DNA of 64,000 nucleotides from Cyanophora paradoxa CCMP329 (Eukaryota > Plantae > Glaucophyta). This document shows positions 60,121 through 64,000 of this stretch, piece after piece. Made by a program: the position numbers and the translations under genes. Where the stretch lies: assembly GCA_004431415.1 (NCBI GenBank), contig QPMI01000263.1:48156-112155 (forward strand), in the 5' to 3' direction. Every line of letters starts with the position of its first letter. Position 1 is the first letter of the stretch. Below the pieces are notes generated by a model. It was not told the DNA's origin. It worked only from the letters and a program-made list of their open reading frames with translations, and searched no databases.

Positions 60121-63100
60121 CCCCCCGCGGTAGGCGCAGCTGGCAGCTCTCCAGGGGCACGGTGCAGCGGCCGCCGCCCCCGCAGCGCCCGTGAACTCCA
60201 CCTCGGGCGCTCCCGCGGCGTCCAGCGTCGATGGTGCACCGCACCACGCCGGGGCGCGCGCGGTGCGGCGGGGGCCGAGGGAGGGGCCGCCCCGCAGGGA
60301 GCGCCTGGGGCGGGTGGAGAGGGAGCTGGCGAGCTGCGCGGCGGCGTGGCGGCGCTCGCCTCGAAGAAGGCGCTCGAGGAGGAGACGCGCGCCCTCGCTG
60401 CCGCCCTGGACGAGCTCCGCGCCCAGCTCGCCCAGCTCCCCGCCCCAAGGTGCCCCGCCCGCCCCCCCGCCCGCGCCGCGGCCTCGGAGCGCAGCGCGAC
60501 GGGCGGCAGGAGCTGGAGCGGGTGCGGGGGGTGGCGGAGGGGCGGCGCCGCTAGCCGACCTGCGGCGCTCGGAGGAGGAGGCGGCGCGCAAGTTCGCCGC
60601 CAAGTCCGACCTCGCCGCCTCCAGGCGCCCTGCCCCGGCCCCCGCCCCACCTCACCCCGCCCTCTGAGCCCGCCGCCGCGCAGGATGCGATGGCGGCGCT
60701 GGCAGCGGCGCAGGCAGGGCGGGGGGCGGGGAGGGCGCCGGGGCGTCGCCCGCGGAGCTGGCGGCGCTGATGGCGGCCTCTGCGGGCCCGGGGGCGGCGG
60801 AGCTCGCCGGCCGCCTCGAGGAGGGCCTCGCCTCCTGCGCCAAGGTGCCCCGCCCGGCCCCCGCGCCCCCCGCGCCCCGCCCCGCGCGACGCCGCCGGCA
60901 GCTCGCGGATCTGGACGCGTTGCGGGCGGCCCTCGCGGCGCTCCAGGCCGACGCCGCCGGTGCCGAGCAGCGGGTGCGGGGCGGCGCCGGCCCCGCGAGG
61001 GCGACCCTGAGGGGCGGGGCGGCAGATCGGCGAGCTCGCGGCGGCCGACGAGCGCGCGCGCGCCGACCTCGACGCCCTCCACCGCGCCCTCGCCGCCCTC
61101 GAGGCCCGCCCCGCTGCCGAGGCCCCGCCCGGCCGCCGGCGCCGGCGCCGTGGGGCCGGCCTGTGGGCGGGTTTCCCGGCGTGGAGCTGGAGGCGATGGC
61201 GGGGATCGAGGCGGCGCTGCTCGAGGCCGGCCGCGAGCTCGTCCGCCTCCAGGCCGCCGCATCCTCCGCTGAACCGGCCGTTTCCTCGTCCGCCGGCCAC
61301 CCCGCACCTGCTGATCCCGCTGGAGCTTCCGGCGCCGGGGCGGGTTCCGGTGCCTGGACTGCCGTGCGCGCAGGGGCGGCGCGGCTGCTCGCTCGGCTGG
61401 CGTCCATCGAGGGCGACATAGCCGCTTGCTCCGCCGCCCTCCAGCCTCTCGAGACCGCTGCTGCCGCCGTTGCTGTCGCCGCCGCCACCACCGGAGATTC
61501 GCACGGGGCGGCGGCGCTGGGCGCAGCCGGCCCGCAGCTCGCCGGCTCTCGCCTGCGCCATTGCGGTGTGCACGCGGCCGTCCTCCGCGCGGCGCTGGAG
61601 GCGCTGCAGGGGTCCGGCGTCGGAGGCGGGGTGGGCGGCGCGGGCGCCGCCTCGCCGGAAGTGGCGGAGGCGCTCGAGAAGCTGCGGCGGCGCCTGCGCG
61701 AGCTCGAGGCGCGGCTCGCCGAGCTTGAGAGCGCCGGGCCGCCCCTGCCGGCGGCGGCGGCCGGCGTCTCGCCGGAGCCCGAGACGGCGCGCGTGGCGTC
61801 ACCGAGCTTGAGAGCGCCGGGCCGCCCCTGCCGGCGGCGGCGGCCGGCGTCTCGCCGGAGCCCGAGACGGCGCGCGTGGCGTCGCGAAGGCGTCGGGCGG
61901 CTCCGGGGCGAACGCGGCAGCTGCGATCGAGGCGGGGCGGCCGGCGAGCCGAGGCGGGCGGCGGCGCTGCGGCTCGCGAACGCGCTGCGGGGCGAGGTGG
62001 ACGACCTCGGGGGCGGCTGGAGGCGCTTCAGGCCGGGTTGCGGGGCTTGCAGCCGGCCAGGAGCGCGCCGCCGCCCGCCTCGACGCCGAGGCCGAGCAGC
62101 GCGCCGCCGCCATCGCCGCCCTCCGCGCGTGCGCCCGTCCCTCTTCCCCGCCGCCGCCGCCCGACCGGCCGCCACCGCAGGGCGCTCGAGGAGCTTCGAT
62201 CGCGGCTTACCAAGGCGAGGCCGACGCCCGCGCCGCCGCTGCCGCCGCCGCGCAAAAGGGCGCCGCGGCGGCAGCCGGCGCGTAGCCCCGCCGGCGGCAG
62301 CGGGCGCACGGTCGGCCTCTCCGACATCCACTCGCGCCTCGACGTGCGCCCGCCACGCCGCCGAAGCGCGCCGGGCGGCGGCAGAGGCGGGAGTGCGGCA
62401 GGGCCTCGGGGCACGGGTGGCGGCGCTGGAGGCGGCGGGACCGGCGCTCCACCTCCACGACGCGATGCCCCTTACGCCCCACACGCCCCACGCCCCCGCC
62501 CTCGTGCGCGCGGCGCCGCGCCCCCTCCGCAGCTTGGCCGGCCAGCTGCAGGAAGGACCCTGAGCCTCGCTTGCGCAGGGGCCGGGGGCGACGGGCGCGG
62601 AGGAGCTCGCGCGGGCGGTGGCGCGGCTGGAGCACGCCAAGGCTGACACCGCCATGTTCCGCAAGGTTCCGCCCTGCCCCGCCCCGCCCGCGCCCCGCCT
62701 CGGCGCAGGGGCCGACGCGGCGGCAGCTCGCGGGGGAAACAGCCGATCTGCGGGCTTCCCTCGACGCCCTTCGCGGCCAGCTCGCGTCCGACGTGCGCCC
62801 GCGCGGCCTATACTTCTCAGTCCCTCTCGTGCTCGCCCGACGCCGGCGGGGCGGCAGTTCTCGAGCCTGGCGGCCAAGTCAGAGATCGACTCACTCCTCC
62901 GCGCTCTGGCGAGGCCCCGTGGGCCAGGCCTCGTCCCCGGCGGGCTGACCTCGCCGGCAGGAGGCGCTGCGGGAGTCGGTGCAGGGGCAGTTGGACCGGA
63001 AGCCGTCGCACGAGGAGCTTCGCGAGCTGCGCGACGCCCTTGCTCGCCTCCAGGAGCTCTTCGACAGGTGTGCTCGCCCGGACGTGCGGCGCGGCGGGTC

Positions 63101-64000
63101 GTGGCGCTGCGTAGAGGAGCTGGGCTGAGCGGGGCGGGCGGGGCGGCGGCAGGCTGCAGGGTGAGGTGCGCGAAGACAGCGAAGCACGGCGGCGGGCCAT
63201 TAAGGAGGCCCTCGACCGCCTCCGTCGCCACCTGGAAGACAAAATGTGCGCACTCGGGGGCCGCAACCCTCTTAGCAGCGTCCAGATTGCCCACTGCCCC
63301 TCACTGCCCCACGCAGACACAAGCTGCACGACAACCTCACCCGTACCGATGACACTGACTACACCCGCGTCGGTCCGCCTGCCTCGCGCGCAACGCAGCT
63401 CGCCGTTCGTGGGGCCCAGCGCAAGTGCAGGACGGGTGCACTACCGGTGCCTGGGGTGCGATCGTCCAACAAAAAGATGATCGGTGTTCCGTCGAGCACG
63501 TCGTCCATGACGCTGTGCGTGTACAACGAGCCCTTCCCTCTGCCCCGCCACTGCCACGTGAGCGAGCTTGGCGACAGCTGCCTTTCCGGCCCCCGACGGT
63601 GCCGGCGCTGCTCTACGACCACGCCTCGGGACGACCGGCGATCGGCCCGCCCCCGGGTGCGACGATGGGGACTGGGAGCGGCGCGTCGCCAGCACTGGCC
63701 CTGCCGGGCCCCACGAGTCAGTCGATGCTAGCCACTGTCAGCAACTCCACCCCCTCCCTCGATGCGTGCGCCTGCCCACCTAGGCGTCCGTCTGTCCCCA
63801 ACGCTCCCGACCCGCGAGCGCTGCGCAGGTCCCCCATCAAAGCGATCTGGGGCGCGTCCCCCATTCTGCCTGCTGTCGTCTCGCCGAGCCGTCTGCCAGG
63901 CCCAGGCTTTGCATCCCCGAAGGGTGCTTCCTAGCGCAGAGCTCTTACAGGGTCCAGCCTGCCCGCGTGCAAATTTGCACAGTTCCACCCGCCATGTATA
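60121..64000 (+). pseudogene. Partial copy 3 of the coiled-coil gene (matches ~52795-56625), 5'-truncated, runs off the window
   Basis: Near-identical to copy 1. Carries the same 83-bp duplication (units at 61721 and 61804) and the same substitutions as copy 2. Stop at 63932-63934. Confidence 0.75.

Overview
Eukaryotic nuclear DNA from a very GC-rich, intron-dense protist or alga. A glaucophyte such as Cyanophora would fit, but that is only inference. Host genes are split by ~50-75 nt introns with GTGCGC/GTCCGC donors and unusually many GC donors, so most long six-frame ORFs are artefacts. Host genes read by manual splicing: LRR + CCHCR1-like coiled-coil protein, ZZ zinc-finger protein, Aquarius helicase (AQR), putative plastid membrane protein, RAMA-like + SLIP-GC/dynamin-like GTPase, WDR7, two unknown genes, a tail-to-tail pair of myristoylated GPP34-like paralogues, and a DUF4795-like coiled-coil gene followed by two rearranged partial copies. 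The main feature is an AT-rich island of ~13.75 kb (~32614-46380): an apparently intact Helitron-like rolling-circle element with roughly 40 short introns. Its ORF1 (zinc fingers) ends at TGA-CTAG and continues in frame into an ERCC4/XPF-Mus81-type nuclease. The nuclease stop overlaps the next start (TAATG). ORF2 encodes zinc fingers, an HUH Rep, a PIF1 helicase and a USP/C19-type deubiquitinase. All exon models and family calls come from reading motifs by eye; no searches were run.
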